A DNA stretch of 64,000 bases from Candidatus Omnitrophota bacterium. Lineage in GTDB: Bacteria; Omnitrophota; Gorgyraeia; Gygaellales; Profunditerraquicolaceae. Location of the stretch: NCBI GenBank assembly GCA_016208765.1, contig JACQXK010000085.1:4814-68813 (forward strand), given 5' to 3'. Below, piece by piece: positions 28,532-38,230 of this stretch. The notes under the pieces are model-generated. The model made no database searches. It saw nothing but the letters and a program-made list of their open reading frames with translations, and had not been told where the DNA came from. Every line of letters begins with the position of its first letter. The stretch's first letter is position 1. Position numbers and translations under genes: made by a program.

Positions 28532-28927
28532 ATGTCGGGAAAGCAAAGTTTAAGAAACGAACTCATAGAAGAAATTATGGAAGCGGTTTCAATTCAGGAT
28601 AACTTCTCGGCTGATGTAGAAAAAATTATTAATGATATTGATTTAAACGAACAGCTTGATCACGAAAACGACAAAATCCGCAACGATGCAATGCGTTTTT
28701 TTCTTAACGCATTGGAAGCATACAACGCCAAAGACTATGAAGGTATGCAAAAGTTTACCCACGCCGGAGTGCAAAAGCTCCATGAACAGGCAGAGGTTGA
28801 TTTTAAGGATGACAAACCAAGAGTCAATCTGCGCATAAAATTATCGGAGCTTAGTTTTAAAACCATAGAAAACAAAAAACAACTAACTCGTTTAATTGCA
28901 AGCATGAGGGGAGGCAAAAAGAGATGA
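28532..28927 (+). CDS. Hypothetical phage early protein
   Basis: ORF with RBS (ggaggggga) upstream; no family recognised. Confidence 0.5.
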   Translation: MSGKQSLRNELIEEIMEAVSIQDNFSADVEKIINDIDLNEQLDHENDKIRNDAMRFFLNALEAYNAKDYEGMQKFTHAGVQKLHEQAEVDFKDDKPRVNLRIKLSELSFKTIENKKQLTRLIASMRGGKKR

Positions 28928-29106
28928 CTCCCGAAATAGTTACTTTGCATGAAGCAGCAGAAATCCTAAGAATCAGCAAACATACAGCCTATAGAAGGTG
29001 GCACGAGTGGCGTGATTATGGCGTCCGGGTGCTTAAGATGCGGGCAAATGCCACTCCAAGGTTCTATCTTTCAGACCTGCTTAAGATGATGGAGGTGCAA
29101 AAATGA
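28924..29106 (+). CDS. Small HTH DNA-binding protein (excisionase/AlpA-like)
   Basis: LHEAAEILRISKHTAYRRW helix-turn-helix. Confidence 0.45.
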   Translation: MTPEIVTLHEAAEILRISKHTAYRRWHEWRDYGVRVLKMRANATPRFYLSDLLKMMEVQK

Positions 29107-29564
29107 GTTACGAACATTTGCAGAATTTAAGCCAATGGAGAAAAACACAACACGAAGAACATAACTTGGTAATTACACTTGTTTTGGCCATAAGTATCTT
29201 GGCAATTTTGATGGTTATATTTTTGGATTTAGCACATGCGCAGACATTAACTGCGTCTTGGTATAGCGTTGCATCGTGTAAGAGGGAGGGAACTTGGCAG
29301 AAATACGGAGGGAGGATGGCAAATGGGCAAATATTTAATGATAACGCTCTTACCTGTGCTTCTTGGGATTACAAGTTTGGTACTCGTCTTTTGGTTAAGA
29401 ATATTGACAATGGCAAAAAAGTTGTTGTCATTGTCACAGATAGGGGGCCGAGCAAAAAACTTGCCAAAAAAGGAAGAATCATTGATTTATCCAAAGGGGC
29501 ATTTAGTAAGATTTCTAATCTTAAATCGGGCATTATATCAATTGAAATAGAGGTATTAAGCTGA
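29103..29564 (+). CDS. Membrane-anchored RlpA-like double-psi beta-barrel (DPBB) protein
   Basis: TASWYSVASCKREGTWQKYGGRMANGQIFNDNALTCA...VVVIVTDRGPSKK...GRIIDLSKGAF closely follows the RlpA/3D DPBB signature; N-terminal TM helix. Confidence 0.6.
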   Translation: MSYEHLQNLSQWRKTQHEEHNLVITLVLAISILAILMVIFLDLAHAQTLTASWYSVASCKREGTWQKYGGRMANGQIFNDNALTCASWDYKFGTRLLVKNIDNGKKVVVIVTDRGPSKKLAKKGRIIDLSKGAFSKISNLKSGIISIEIEVLS

Positions 29565-29800
29565 TGAATTTTTGGGTTCCGCGGCATAGATATGAGTTAT
29601 TAAACTGGATATTGGGAGTATATCCGCAAGAAAAAAGCAAATTTAAGTGCATGAAAACAAATCAACTTTACGCAATCTATTACAAGTTAAGAAAGGACAA
29701 TATCTCGCTTGTTGGCGGCCATAACGAGGCTGGTGAGCCGGACGCATGGTGCGGCGGTAGGTCTAACGACACGACGCCGCAGATATCTAAATTTATATGA
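29564..29800 (+). CDS. Hypothetical protein
   Basis: ORF only. Confidence 0.35.
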   Translation: MNFWVPRHRYELLNWILGVYPQEKSKFKCMKTNQLYAIYYKLRKDNISLVGGHNEAGEPDAWCGGRSNDTTPQISKFI

Positions 29801-31218
29801 AACCGTTATTTAAGCATCAAAAAGAAGCTTTAGATTTTATCGTTTCAAATAATGGATTTGGGGCATTGTTTCATGAAGTGGGATGCGGGAAAACAAGGAC
29901 TGCTCTTGAGATATTTAGTCATTACAAAAGATTAGATCCTGAGCTTAAACTTTTTGTTATTTGTCCATTGTCCCTTATTAACTCTGCATGGGGAGAGGAC
30001 ATAAAGCAGTTTACCTGTTTTAATTATCGCAATTGTCATGACGAAACGATTGAGCTGCGCAAAGATACTGATATTTATATTATAAACTTTGAATCATTGA
30101 TAAGCGAAAACAAAATCAAACAACTTCATAAGATGATTAATTTCTCGAAAGTAATGTGTGTTATTGACGAATCTTCAAAGATGAAAAACCATAAAGCAAG
30201 GACGACAAAAACCCTGTTGTCACTTAGGAATTACTTCAATTTTCGCATAATTATGTCAGGAACTCCGGCGCCTAACTGCGAGACAGAATACTGGGCCCAG
30301 ATTAATTTTATTAAGCCCGGAATCGTGCATGAGAAGTTTTATCCATTTAGATATTTTTACTTTCATCTTGAGAGAGAGCGTAATGGCAAGCAAGAATTTA
30401 CTTCCGGCCAAATTTACAGCAAGCTTGCGGCGCAACAGATCTTTCAGCGCGGTTGGCATTACGATATAACTACGCAGAAAAGACAGTTGCTTATGGATAA
30501 AATCTCGCCATATTGCCATTATGCGCGCAAGGCTGAGTGTTTGGATTTACCGGAGCAAATGGATGAAGTCAGATTAGTTGATATGGGTAAAAAACAAGCA
30601 TCTGTTTATAACTCCATGAAACGTGACTTAATTGCTGAGATTCAAAATTCTTTTGTAGTGGCGCAAGTAGCTTTGGCAAAAATTATGAAATTGCGGCAGA
30701 TAACTTCCGGGTTTGCGATAGACGAATCCGGAGAAACTATAATTATTGGAGAAAATCCTAAATTACAGGAGCTAAAAGATGTATTGGAGGAGGCAGGAAA
30801 ACAGCAGGTCATTATATGGTGCCAGTTTCAACACGAGATTAGACAGATTAAAGATTTATTGGGAGATAAGGCTGTTACTCTTTACGGTGAAACTAAAGAT
30901 AAAGATGATTCAATTACGGCGTTTAAGAATGGAAGCGCGCAGTACCTTATTGCGCATCCTAAAAGCGCCGGGCACGGATTGACATTTGTGAATTGCAGTT
31001 TACAGGTGTTTTATAGCCTTGATTATTCATGGGAGTTATATGAACAGGCGCGCGGCCGGATCCACAGAGCCGGGCAGGTCAACAAATGCACTTATGTTCA
31101 CTTGCTTTGTAAGGGGACTATTGACGAAGAGATTCTTAATGTCTTGCGTAATAAAAAAGACGCAACGGAGATATTGTATAGGATGGTGCAAGGAAATTTA
31201 GCGGAGGTAGGGAAGTGA
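29797..31218 (+). CDS. SNF2/DEAD-like helicase
   Basis: Walker A EVGCGKT, DExx VIDESSKMKN, C-terminal helicase motifs (HPKSAGHGLTF, ARGRIHRAGQ). Confidence 0.8.
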   Translation: MKPLFKHQKEALDFIVSNNGFGALFHEVGCGKTRTALEIFSHYKRLDPELKLFVICPLSLINSAWGEDIKQFTCFNYRNCHDETIELRKDTDIYIINFESLISENKIKQLHKMINFSKVMCVIDESSKMKNHKARTTKTLLSLRNYFNFRIIMSGTPAPNCETEYWAQINFIKPGIVHEKFYPFRYFYFHLERERNGKQEFTSGQIYSKLAAQQIFQRGWHYDITTQKRQLLMDKISPYCHYARKAECLDLPEQMDEVRLVDMGKKQASVYNSMKRDLIAEIQNSFVVAQVALAKIMKLRQITSGFAIDESGETIIIGENPKLQELKDVLEEAGKQQVIIWCQFQHEIRQIKDLLGDKAVTLYGETKDKDDSITAFKNGSAQYLIAHPKSAGHGLTFVNCSLQVFYSLDYSWELYEQARGRIHRAGQVNKCTYVHLLCKGTIDEEILNVLRNKKDATEILYRMVQGNLAEVGK

Positions 31219-32057
31219 AGGCAGAAAAAGATATAAACACTTTAATTAAATCCACTCAAAACGAAGACGATAATTTTATTTCTTCTCTAGACGAGCATGT
31301 TGAAACAATTTTTAAGGTAGAACCTCCACTTATGCAAATCAAAGAAGGAAAGGGCTTTGGATTTATGGGTGTTATGCTACGCAATACAGTGGAAGATAAA
31401 CTTCAATGCCATATTTGCGGTGTATGGAGAAAAGGTTTAAGTACTCATACTAATCAAGCACATCAGATATCGGCTGATGAATATAGGAAAAAATTTCAAT
31501 TACCATTAACTTTTCCTTTGGTGTCTTTATCTACATCACAAAAACACTCTGATAGGGCAAATACTAAGAAAAACTTAGATCATCTCAATAAAGTGCGGAA
31601 TATTGAAAAACTTAATAATGTTTCCAGAAAAAAAAGACAGCGTTTTATGAGATATGCAAGAAATAATCTCGCTTTTCAAAATCAAAGAGCACTTTGTGAA
31701 GAACAGTTAGAGAGAAGATTTCTAATCGTTGCGGACATAGTCGGGAAAGAACCATCACAAATAGATTTAATTAAATATGATTGTAGTTTATGGGGGGCTA
31801 TCCGAAGACGATTTGGAACAATTAATGAATTTAGAAGAAAAAATAATTATGAAATCAAAAAAAGAGCAAAGGTGTTTAGCGATGAAAAGTTACTTTCTTG
31901 CATAATTAAATTTTACCATCAACATAAAATTATTCCGCGGCCAAGTCATTTTAAAGGCACTAAACCCAATATTGAAACTTTTCGTAATCACTTCGGCTCA
32001 TGGAACCGTGCTTTAAGTCTATGCGGATTTGACAAAATCGCGGAGGTGAAAAGATGA
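31215..32057 (+). CDS. Protein with MucR/Ros-type zinc-finger DNA-binding motif
   Basis: LQCHICGVWRKGLSTHTNQAHQISADEYRKKFQLPLTFPLV resembles the Ros/MucR C2H2 consensus (C.ICG..K.L..H....H.....EYR.K..LP). Confidence 0.45.
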   Translation: MKAEKDINTLIKSTQNEDDNFISSLDEHVETIFKVEPPLMQIKEGKGFGFMGVMLRNTVEDKLQCHICGVWRKGLSTHTNQAHQISADEYRKKFQLPLTFPLVSLSTSQKHSDRANTKKNLDHLNKVRNIEKLNNVSRKKRQRFMRYARNNLAFQNQRALCEEQLERRFLIVADIVGKEPSQIDLIKYDCSLWGAIRRRFGTINEFRRKNNYEIKKRAKVFSDEKLLSCIIKFYHQHKIIPRPSHFKGTKPNIETFRNHFGSWNRALSLCGFDKIAEVKR

Positions 32058-32211
32058 AGTTGTTTTGTTGGTTTGGGATTCATTTTTATAGATTAGAACA
32101 TAATTTTGGAGGGAATCATTATTGCGAATGCAAATTTTGCCATAAACGCATTGTTGAATCTTCACCCGAAGGAAATCAACATATAAATCATAGATGGATG
32201 AGAGGAGATAG

Positions 32212-32523
32212 TTGGGTATGACCGAGACATCACTTAAAAACAATGTCTTAAAGATGATCCGTGATGAATTTCCGGACATTTGGTTCTACAAAACACACGA
32301 TTTATGCACAAGTGGCATTCCAGATATTTTAATGTGTCAAGATGGTCATTTGTGCGCGGTAGAGTTAAAACGCCCCGGATACGACTACACAAAATCTAAG
32401 GGTTGGAAATTACAAAAACACATTATTGATAGGATTAACGCTTGCGGAGGAAAAGCCACAGTATGCACAAGCGTTGATGAAGTAAGAAAATTCTTAAAAA
32501 AGGAGGTGAGGCGCAATGGATGA
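32212..32523 (+). CDS. VRR-NUC domain nuclease
   Basis: GIPDILMCQDGHLCAVELKRPGY...LQKHII matches the VRR-NUC PD-(D/E)xK pattern. Confidence 0.65.
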   Translation: MGMTETSLKNNVLKMIRDEFPDIWFYKTHDLCTSGIPDILMCQDGHLCAVELKRPGYDYTKSKGWKLQKHIIDRINACGGKATVCTSVDEVRKFLKKEVRRNG

Positions 32524-32911
32524 ACGGGAAATGCTCGTCAAATATATTGATGCGCGAGATAAACTAAACAAGTTAAAAGAAGAGCTTACAGAGGCACAGA
32601 AAATATTTGATGAAGAGGAAAGCCGTTTAGTTACCATGCTCATAGACAAAGAGGCTACTTCTACCGCCCGATATGAAGGCGTAGGGTTTGCCACTCTTAC
32701 AAAGCCGAGATTGTTCGCCTCGTATTCTAAGGAATACGAACAAGATGTTTTTCAGTTTGTAGAGAAATCAGGAGAAAGAGAGCTGATGAAAATTTCAATA
32801 CATCCTTCTTTTTTGTCGGGATTTGTGAGCAGGTTAATTGAGGACGGCAAAGTAGTGCCCGAGTTTGTTCGGTATTACATGAAACAGGGCGTAAGATTTT
32901 ACGATAAATAG
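32516..32911 (+). CDS. Hypothetical coiled-coil protein
   Basis: ORF only. Confidence 0.4.
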   Translation: MDEREMLVKYIDARDKLNKLKEELTEAQKIFDEEESRLVTMLIDKEATSTARYEGVGFATLTKPRLFASYSKEYEQDVFQFVEKSGERELMKISIHPSFLSGFVSRLIEDGKVVPEFVRYYMKQGVRFYDK

Positions 32912-32944
32912 AGGCCTTGGAGGCCTAAACAAGGAGGAATACAA

Positions 32945-33658
32945 ATGAAACACAAAAAAGAAATAGTAACAAAAAAAGAAAGTGTATTAATGGCCGCAGC
33001 ACCGGGACGCGGGTTTGAAGAGCCAACGGAAAAAGAGGATTTGTTAATTCCGCGCGCGAAGCTTTTGCAGGCATTATCTCCTGAAGTTGTGGAGAGTCCA
33101 AAGGATTTCCAACCGGGGTTGATTATTAATTCTCTTACAAAAGAAGTGCTTCCGGAGGAAATCGTTCCTATTTTCAAGTTCACAAATTGGATTCGCTTTA
33201 ACCCGCGTAAAAAAGATGATCCAAATTTTGACCCTGCATTTGACCCGGGTGCGATTATTTGGAGAAGCTCAGATCCTTTGGATTCTAAGGTTATCAAGGA
33301 AAGTGAATTTGGCCCGAACGGAGAACGTCCAATCGCTACCAAGTTTATGAATTTCTTTTGTTTATTTCCCGGGCATCCGATACCTGTGATATTGAGTTTC
33401 TCGTCTACTTCGTTTAAGGCAGGGAAAAAGCTTATTACGCTGGCCAAGTTCGCAGGTGGAGACATGTTCAGCCGTAAATATAAGCTAATAGCCAAGCACG
33501 TTAAAAATGATATGGGAGCTTATTACGTTCTTGATGTTGATCCTGCTGGCATGACAGATGAGAGTTACTATAAGGCCGCAGAATCGCTGTATAGCCAGTT
33601 TAAAGAAAAAGCAAAAGACATACAGGTTCACGAAGAAATACAGGAAACAGAAGAGTAA
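32945..33658 (+). CDS. Hypothetical replication-module protein
   Basis: ORF with strong RBS (aaggagga); family not recognised. Confidence 0.45.
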   Translation: MKHKKEIVTKKESVLMAAAPGRGFEEPTEKEDLLIPRAKLLQALSPEVVESPKDFQPGLIINSLTKEVLPEEIVPIFKFTNWIRFNPRKKDDPNFDPAFDPGAIIWRSSDPLDSKVIKESEFGPNGERPIATKFMNFFCLFPGHPIPVILSFSSTSFKAGKKLITLAKFAGGDMFSRKYKLIAKHVKNDMGAYYVLDVDPAGMTDESYYKAAESLYSQFKEKAKDIQVHEEIQETEE

Positions 33659-33767
33659 TCTCTCCACGCGAAGGATCCCCCTTCAAGAGAGCAGTCAAGG
33701 CGTTCCTGTAAAGAGCCGCCACTTAAACAATTAACCGTAACGTTTTTATATAGATTAAGGAAGAAAC

Positions 33768-36248
33768 ATGAATACTATCTACGAATTTATTACCACGCGC
33801 GGCAAACTTACCGATTTACACAGACAAGAGTTAAAGACAAAAAGAGGTTTCACAGACGAAACGATTGATAAATTCAGGTTTTTCTCTGGCGGTAAATACT
33901 TAATTGATTTGGAGCAGGAGATTATCAATAATTTTGACAAAGAATCACTTGTTTCAATGGGTGTATGTATTGATTCAGGGAAAAGCTTAACTATTACGCC
34001 GATACTTTTAGAAGAGCGCATCATAATTCCCTACCTGAACTCCACAAGAAAAGCTTATTTATTAAGGCCGCATAAGTTAGGATTGTCAGGTGTGCCTGTT
34101 GAAATTTATTGTCCGGATTGGAATATAGCAAACAATATTGTCATGACCGAAGGAGAGTTCAAGGCTGTAGCAAGCGCACAGCTGGGGATCCCGGCTATTG
34201 CCATTCCGGGAATCGGTTCATTTTCAAAAGAGCATTTCCAAAGATTAGTCAAATTTCTTAATGATGCGAAAGTAAGAGATGTTTGTATTGTCTTTGATAA
34301 TGAGATTAAAGATGATCCGCGATTAAGTAATTATAAGGAAAATCCCTCAGATCGCTACGATACGCAGTTTTATGCTCATCTTATGGCACGACAGCTCGAC
34401 AGTGAGGGTTTCCGGGCCCAAGTGGGGACATTGCCTGACTCTTGGCGCGTCCACGGTAAAGCTGATATTGACGGGGCGTTGGCGCAGGGGAAAACCCGGG
34501 ATGATTTAGGAATGGTGATTACTTCTTCTCTCCCGGCAAAAAAATATGTTGAGGGATTGCCAAAAGAAGCGCAGACAGTCATCCGCCGCAAAATGAGCTT
34601 GAAGTATTTTCGCTCACATATACGTAAAGAGTTCGGGAAATATGTGGCCACAAGGCGCAAGGGCAAGACAGAGTGGGATGAAGAGATCTCTAACTTCACC
34701 ATGAAGATAATTGCGACACACGACACATTTGAGGGATTAGTCCGTGAGATACAATTCACTAATGAATTTGGGGATCATTCATCCTTTTATGCAATCAAGC
34801 CCGAGGATATGGGGGGAGCAGAAGGGTTCACAAAGTTTTGTTTTACTCATGGTAGTTTTGTTTGGCGCGGATACAAAGATGACCTGCTTAATATTTGGGA
34901 AGGATTGTTTTTAGAGGACGATGGCAGGCATATCATTGAGCCGGATCATATCGGATGGATTGAGTCAGAGAGTATGTGGGTATTTGGGAATATGGCAATT
35001 GATAAGGACGGAAAAGAGTTGCGGCCTGATAGGAATCACATCTTTTGGCTTGAGAAGAAAGGTATTAAGCCGGTGGCTTTGGGAGTTACATCAGGCAAGA
35101 TGCAGATTTCAGAGGGGATCCCTTATGTATCGTTTTCGCCTTGTGATATTAAAGAAATCCGGACAAAGTTAGCGGATACTATCGGTGACATAGAGGCTGT
35201 GAAATGCCTCGGGTGGGCTTCGGCCATACCTTACTTGGAGGATATATTTGATGCGTACGGTTGCTATCCATTTTTATTTATCACCGGCAGAACTGGCTCA
35301 GGCAAATCAACAATTGCGGAGTGGATCACCTGTTTATTTGGTATTGAAGATGCTGGAAAAAGCATCTCACAAACGACAGTTGTCGCGATCCAAAGGTCGC
35401 TGGGTTATTATTCGAGCTTGCCCGTATTCCTTGATGAGTTTAGGAACACTTCGGATATCACCTACAAAACAGGTTTCCTGCGCAATGTTTACAATCGCCA
35501 ATCTTCCGGCAAGGGGATCAAAGCAAACTTTGGCATTCGGGAGGCGAAAGTTCGCGGTACGATCATTATCGCGGGGGAAGAAACGCCTAACGACAACGCG
35601 ATCCTGAATCGCAGTATATTGGTTGAAATAGTTAAGAAGAACCGTAAGACCAACCACTATGACTGGTTTACCCGTAACAAAGCTAAATTCTCGCATCATA
35701 TACTGGAAATCATTAAGAACAAATCCCGGGACAAAGAACTCTTTATGCGCGTGCTTAGTGAAGCAAAAGATTATCTCACAAAACATGCCGGTGTAGATGA
35801 CCGGACAGCGGTTAATCATGCGGTGTTGTGTGCCGGGCATGCAATTACCTTTGGAGAGAAAGACCTTGATTTCGCGGATATGATTATCCAGGAGGCCCAA
35901 AAGACTAATACCGAGTACCAGAAGGATAACATGATGCATACATTCTTTTCTGATCTACAAGTTATGGCGCATAAGGGGGAGCTTAAAGATAACTATTGGG
36001 CAATTGAGGAAGGTAAGATTTATCTATATTTTGAGGCACTCTATAATGTCTGGTCAGCTGATGCCAGAAAACGCGGGATTGAGCCTTTTAAGCCTTCTTC
36101 GGTGCGCGGATATTTTAAAGAGGAGCCAGGGTTCATAGACATGTCCGCAAGGATGCGTATTAACGGTTACCAGCGCAGATGTATTGTTTTAGATTATGAG
36201 CTTTGCGGTGATCATGTTAAAGAGTTGGTGGAGGTAAAAATTGGATAG
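33768..36248 (+). CDS. DnaG-like (TOPRIM) primase fused to D5/SF3-type helicase (P-loop GRTGSGKST)
   Basis: TOPRIM-like EGEFKA...DNEIKDD; Walker A FITGRTGSGKSTIAEW; 826 aa. Confidence 0.75.
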   Translation: MNTIYEFITTRGKLTDLHRQELKTKRGFTDETIDKFRFFSGGKYLIDLEQEIINNFDKESLVSMGVCIDSGKSLTITPILLEERIIIPYLNSTRKAYLLRPHKLGLSGVPVEIYCPDWNIANNIVMTEGEFKAVASAQLGIPAIAIPGIGSFSKEHFQRLVKFLNDAKVRDVCIVFDNEIKDDPRLSNYKENPSDRYDTQFYAHLMARQLDSEGFRAQVGTLPDSWRVHGKADIDGALAQGKTRDDLGMVITSSLPAKKYVEGLPKEAQTVIRRKMSLKYFRSHIRKEFGKYVATRRKGKTEWDEEISNFTMKIIATHDTFEGLVREIQFTNEFGDHSSFYAIKPEDMGGAEGFTKFCFTHGSFVWRGYKDDLLNIWEGLFLEDDGRHIIEPDHIGWIESESMWVFGNMAIDKDGKELRPDRNHIFWLEKKGIKPVALGVTSGKMQISEGIPYVSFSPCDIKEIRTKLADTIGDIEAVKCLGWASAIPYLEDIFDAYGCYPFLFITGRTGSGKSTIAEWITCLFGIEDAGKSISQTTVVAIQRSLGYYSSLPVFLDEFRNTSDITYKTGFLRNVYNRQSSGKGIKANFGIREAKVRGTIIIAGEETPNDNAILNRSILVEIVKKNRKTNHYDWFTRNKAKFSHHILEIIKNKSRDKELFMRVLSEAKDYLTKHAGVDDRTAVNHAVLCAGHAITFGEKDLDFADMIIQEAQKTNTEYQKDNMMHTFFSDLQVMAHKGELKDNYWAIEEGKIYLYFEALYNVWSADARKRGIEPFKPSSVRGYFKEEPGFIDMSARMRINGYQRRCIVLDYELCGDHVKELVEVKIG

Positions 36249-36249
36249 A

Positions 36250-36535
36250 TTTTGTGACAGTGTGACAGTTTGTGACAGTGCTCTTTTTTTGAAGTGTCAC
36301 AGCGTAAGTTGTTTAAAGACATATAGTTATGAGGTTTTGTGACAGTGTGACAGCATTTTTGCATTTTTTTACGTACAGGTTATTTTTTGCAGGTTTGAAG
36401 AAACAAGAATTAAACACGTACGTAAACATATAGTTTTGGAAAACACTGTCACAGGTGTCACAAATGACGTAAGTCCTTTATTTTCTAAGTGACAGTGAGG
36501 TGTCACAGTTGTGACAGTGTGACAGTTTAAAACAA
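36250..36535. repeat. Iteron-type origin: 12 or more copies of GTGACAG / CTGTCAC heptamers in four clusters, AT-rich spacers, ACGTACGT palindromes
   Basis: Heptamers at 36254, 36262, 36272, 36295, 36339, 36347, 36446, 36456, 36489, 36500, 36510, 36518; immediately downstream of primase-helicase. Confidence 0.7.
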
Positions 36536-36544
36536 GGAGGAAGC

Positions 36545-36850
36545 ATGTTTGAGCATAAAGTAGCGGAAAAGGCAACACAGGACACTCAGTTGTCAGATTT
36601 CGTGGACTTATACAGCAGGTTCACACAAGACGCGCTTAAGGTGTCTGAGATTATTAATCAAAATAGGGCCACAAAACAGGATCGCTTTCGCATGCGGCAA
36701 TTTGAGGCTAAAATAGATGCAGAGTGGCGCAAAATCCCGGAAGTTAAGCGTAGTATGTTGGTAGAGCTTCTTTTGGTCAAGAAACTGCTCCCTGAGGCAG
36801 TAAAGCGGGCAATTCAGGTGTTTGAGGGAAAGGTGGTGAAGGTGGTATGA
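36545..36850 (+). CDS. Hypothetical protein
   Basis: ORF with aaggagg RBS. Confidence 0.5.
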   Translation: MFEHKVAEKATQDTQLSDFVDLYSRFTQDALKVSEIINQNRATKQDRFRMRQFEAKIDAEWRKIPEVKRSMLVELLLVKKLLPEAVKRAIQVFEGKVVKVV

Positions 36851-37074
36851 ATATTAATGAGATTATTGCTGATTCATTGTCTATAAATCCAGAAAAGGTA
36901 ACATGCGAATCAAGATTTATAGAAGATCTTGGAGCAGATTCTTTGGACTTAATAGTATTAACCATGAGATTAGAGGAAGAGTTTAACATTAGGATATCTG
37001 ATGAAGAAGCGAGGGATATTCTAAGTGTAAACCAGTTGATAAAGTTTATTGAGGATAAAACAAATGTTCATTGA
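36847..37074 (+). CDS. Acyl carrier protein-like (phosphopantetheine site DLGADSLD)
   Basis: 75 aa, EDLGADSLDLIVLTMRLEEEFNIRISDEEA matches the ACP helix II and serine attachment motif. Confidence 0.65.
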   Translation: MNINEIIADSLSINPEKVTCESRFIEDLGADSLDLIVLTMRLEEEFNIRISDEEARDILSVNQLIKFIEDKTNVH

Positions 37075-37179
37075 TTCAATGATCCGCGGTATCGGATTTG
37101 GCATAGGATTAATAATTGTTATGGTTCTGTTGGCGGTTTTAGTATATGGAATTGAATTTTTGTTTAGAAAGGAGGCTTT

Positions 37180-37464
37180 GTGAAAGAAATATTGTTAATT
37201 ATATGCTTGCTTATTGGTGGTTGCCAAACAACCCCATTGGTCAATAAAGAATCACCAGTTAAAGAAAAAAAACCCGCAAGAATAGAAACTATCAGAAACG
37301 TTAAACATGAAAAATTTGACGCACAGGAAGACTTTGAAAAAGGATGGAATAAAGGATATCAAGAGGCCCTTAATGACATGGGAGATTTTGATTTAATAAT
37401 GTGGGAAGGACAGGAATATATTACAGTTAAAGCCTTAAAGGTTAAATATGAAAAACTCCAATGA
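37180..37464 (+). CDS. Small lipoprotein (lipobox LIGGC)
   Basis: MKEILLIICLLIGGCQT. Confidence 0.5.
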   Translation: MKEILLIICLLIGGCQTTPLVNKESPVKEKKPARIETIRNVKHEKFDAQEDFEKGWNKGYQEALNDMGDFDLIMWEGQEYITVKALKVKYEKLQ

Positions 37465-37572
37465 TTTATTATTAATAATTTTGCTGTTAATTTGGTTTGC
37501 AATGGGTTTTATCAGTGCAATAGTTTTGTTACCTTGTGAATCTAAGCAATCAAAATGTGAGGCTTGTAATCC

Positions 37573-37842
37573 ATGAGTTGGATTTTAGTTGCTTTGTCCT
37601 TATTCGGCGTAGTGCTTAATATATATAAAAGAAAGGAGTGTTTCTATATTTGGGGCATAACAAATGCCGGATGGGCCATATATGACTTTATGATAGGCGC
37701 CGTGGCTCAAGGAGCGCTGTTTAGTGTTTACTTTGTGTTGGCTATCTGGGGGATCTGGAAATGGGGTAATGGTAAAGGGTGGATTGAGAAGCTCTGGAAA
37801 CGACATATTTGTGACAAGTATCCTTATGAGGAGGAGATGTGA
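37573..37842 (+). CDS. Small membrane protein (2 TM)
   Basis: Hydrophobic segments; ORF only. Confidence 0.4.
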   Translation: MSWILVALSLFGVVLNIYKRKECFYIWGITNAGWAIYDFMIGAVAQGALFSVYFVLAIWGIWKWGNGKGWIEKLWKRHICDKYPYEEEM

Positions 37843-38230
37843 TGATTTACTTTTTGATTCTAACATTGATTCAACCCGGGCTTAAGATTGTTGGAAATAA
37901 TGATATAAGAATTTTTTTTAGTAAAAACTCCTGAGGACGCTTCTGTTATCGCATGGCAGAATGTCAGAGGATTGCCGGTAGGATTTGATTTGGACGCGAG
38001 ACTATATAAAGTGGATATCAAGGAGATGAAGGTTGTAGAGGAACAGCTTAAAAAAGTTGAGTTTAGGGGGCAGGTATAATGCGCCAGAAAATCATTAAAC
38101 AGCTGCGCAAAGAGATACGCAAGGACTTAGCAAAAGAGCAGGACAGGTTTGAAGAATACCTATGGGGCCTAAATTTCCTCACGCGGGTAAAAATTTTGAT
38201 TAAGATGATGATAAGGCCAAGGAGTGAAAA

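Noticed and set aside
28656-28950. Overlapping small ORFs (28656..28838 +, 28735..28950 -) within the 28532..28927 gene
   Set aside because: They are alternative frames of a better-supported ORF.
34376-35939. ORFs 34376..34759 (-), 34921..35172 (+), 35248..35607 (+), 35367..35939 (-) inside the primase-helicase gene
   Set aside because: They sit inside an 826-aa ORF with TOPRIM and Walker A motifs and read as shadow frames.
36250-36535. Possible CRISPR array (repeated GTGACAG units)
   Set aside because: The units are 7-9 bp in both orientations with irregular spacing, not 25-40 bp direct repeats with unique spacers, so iterons are the better reading.
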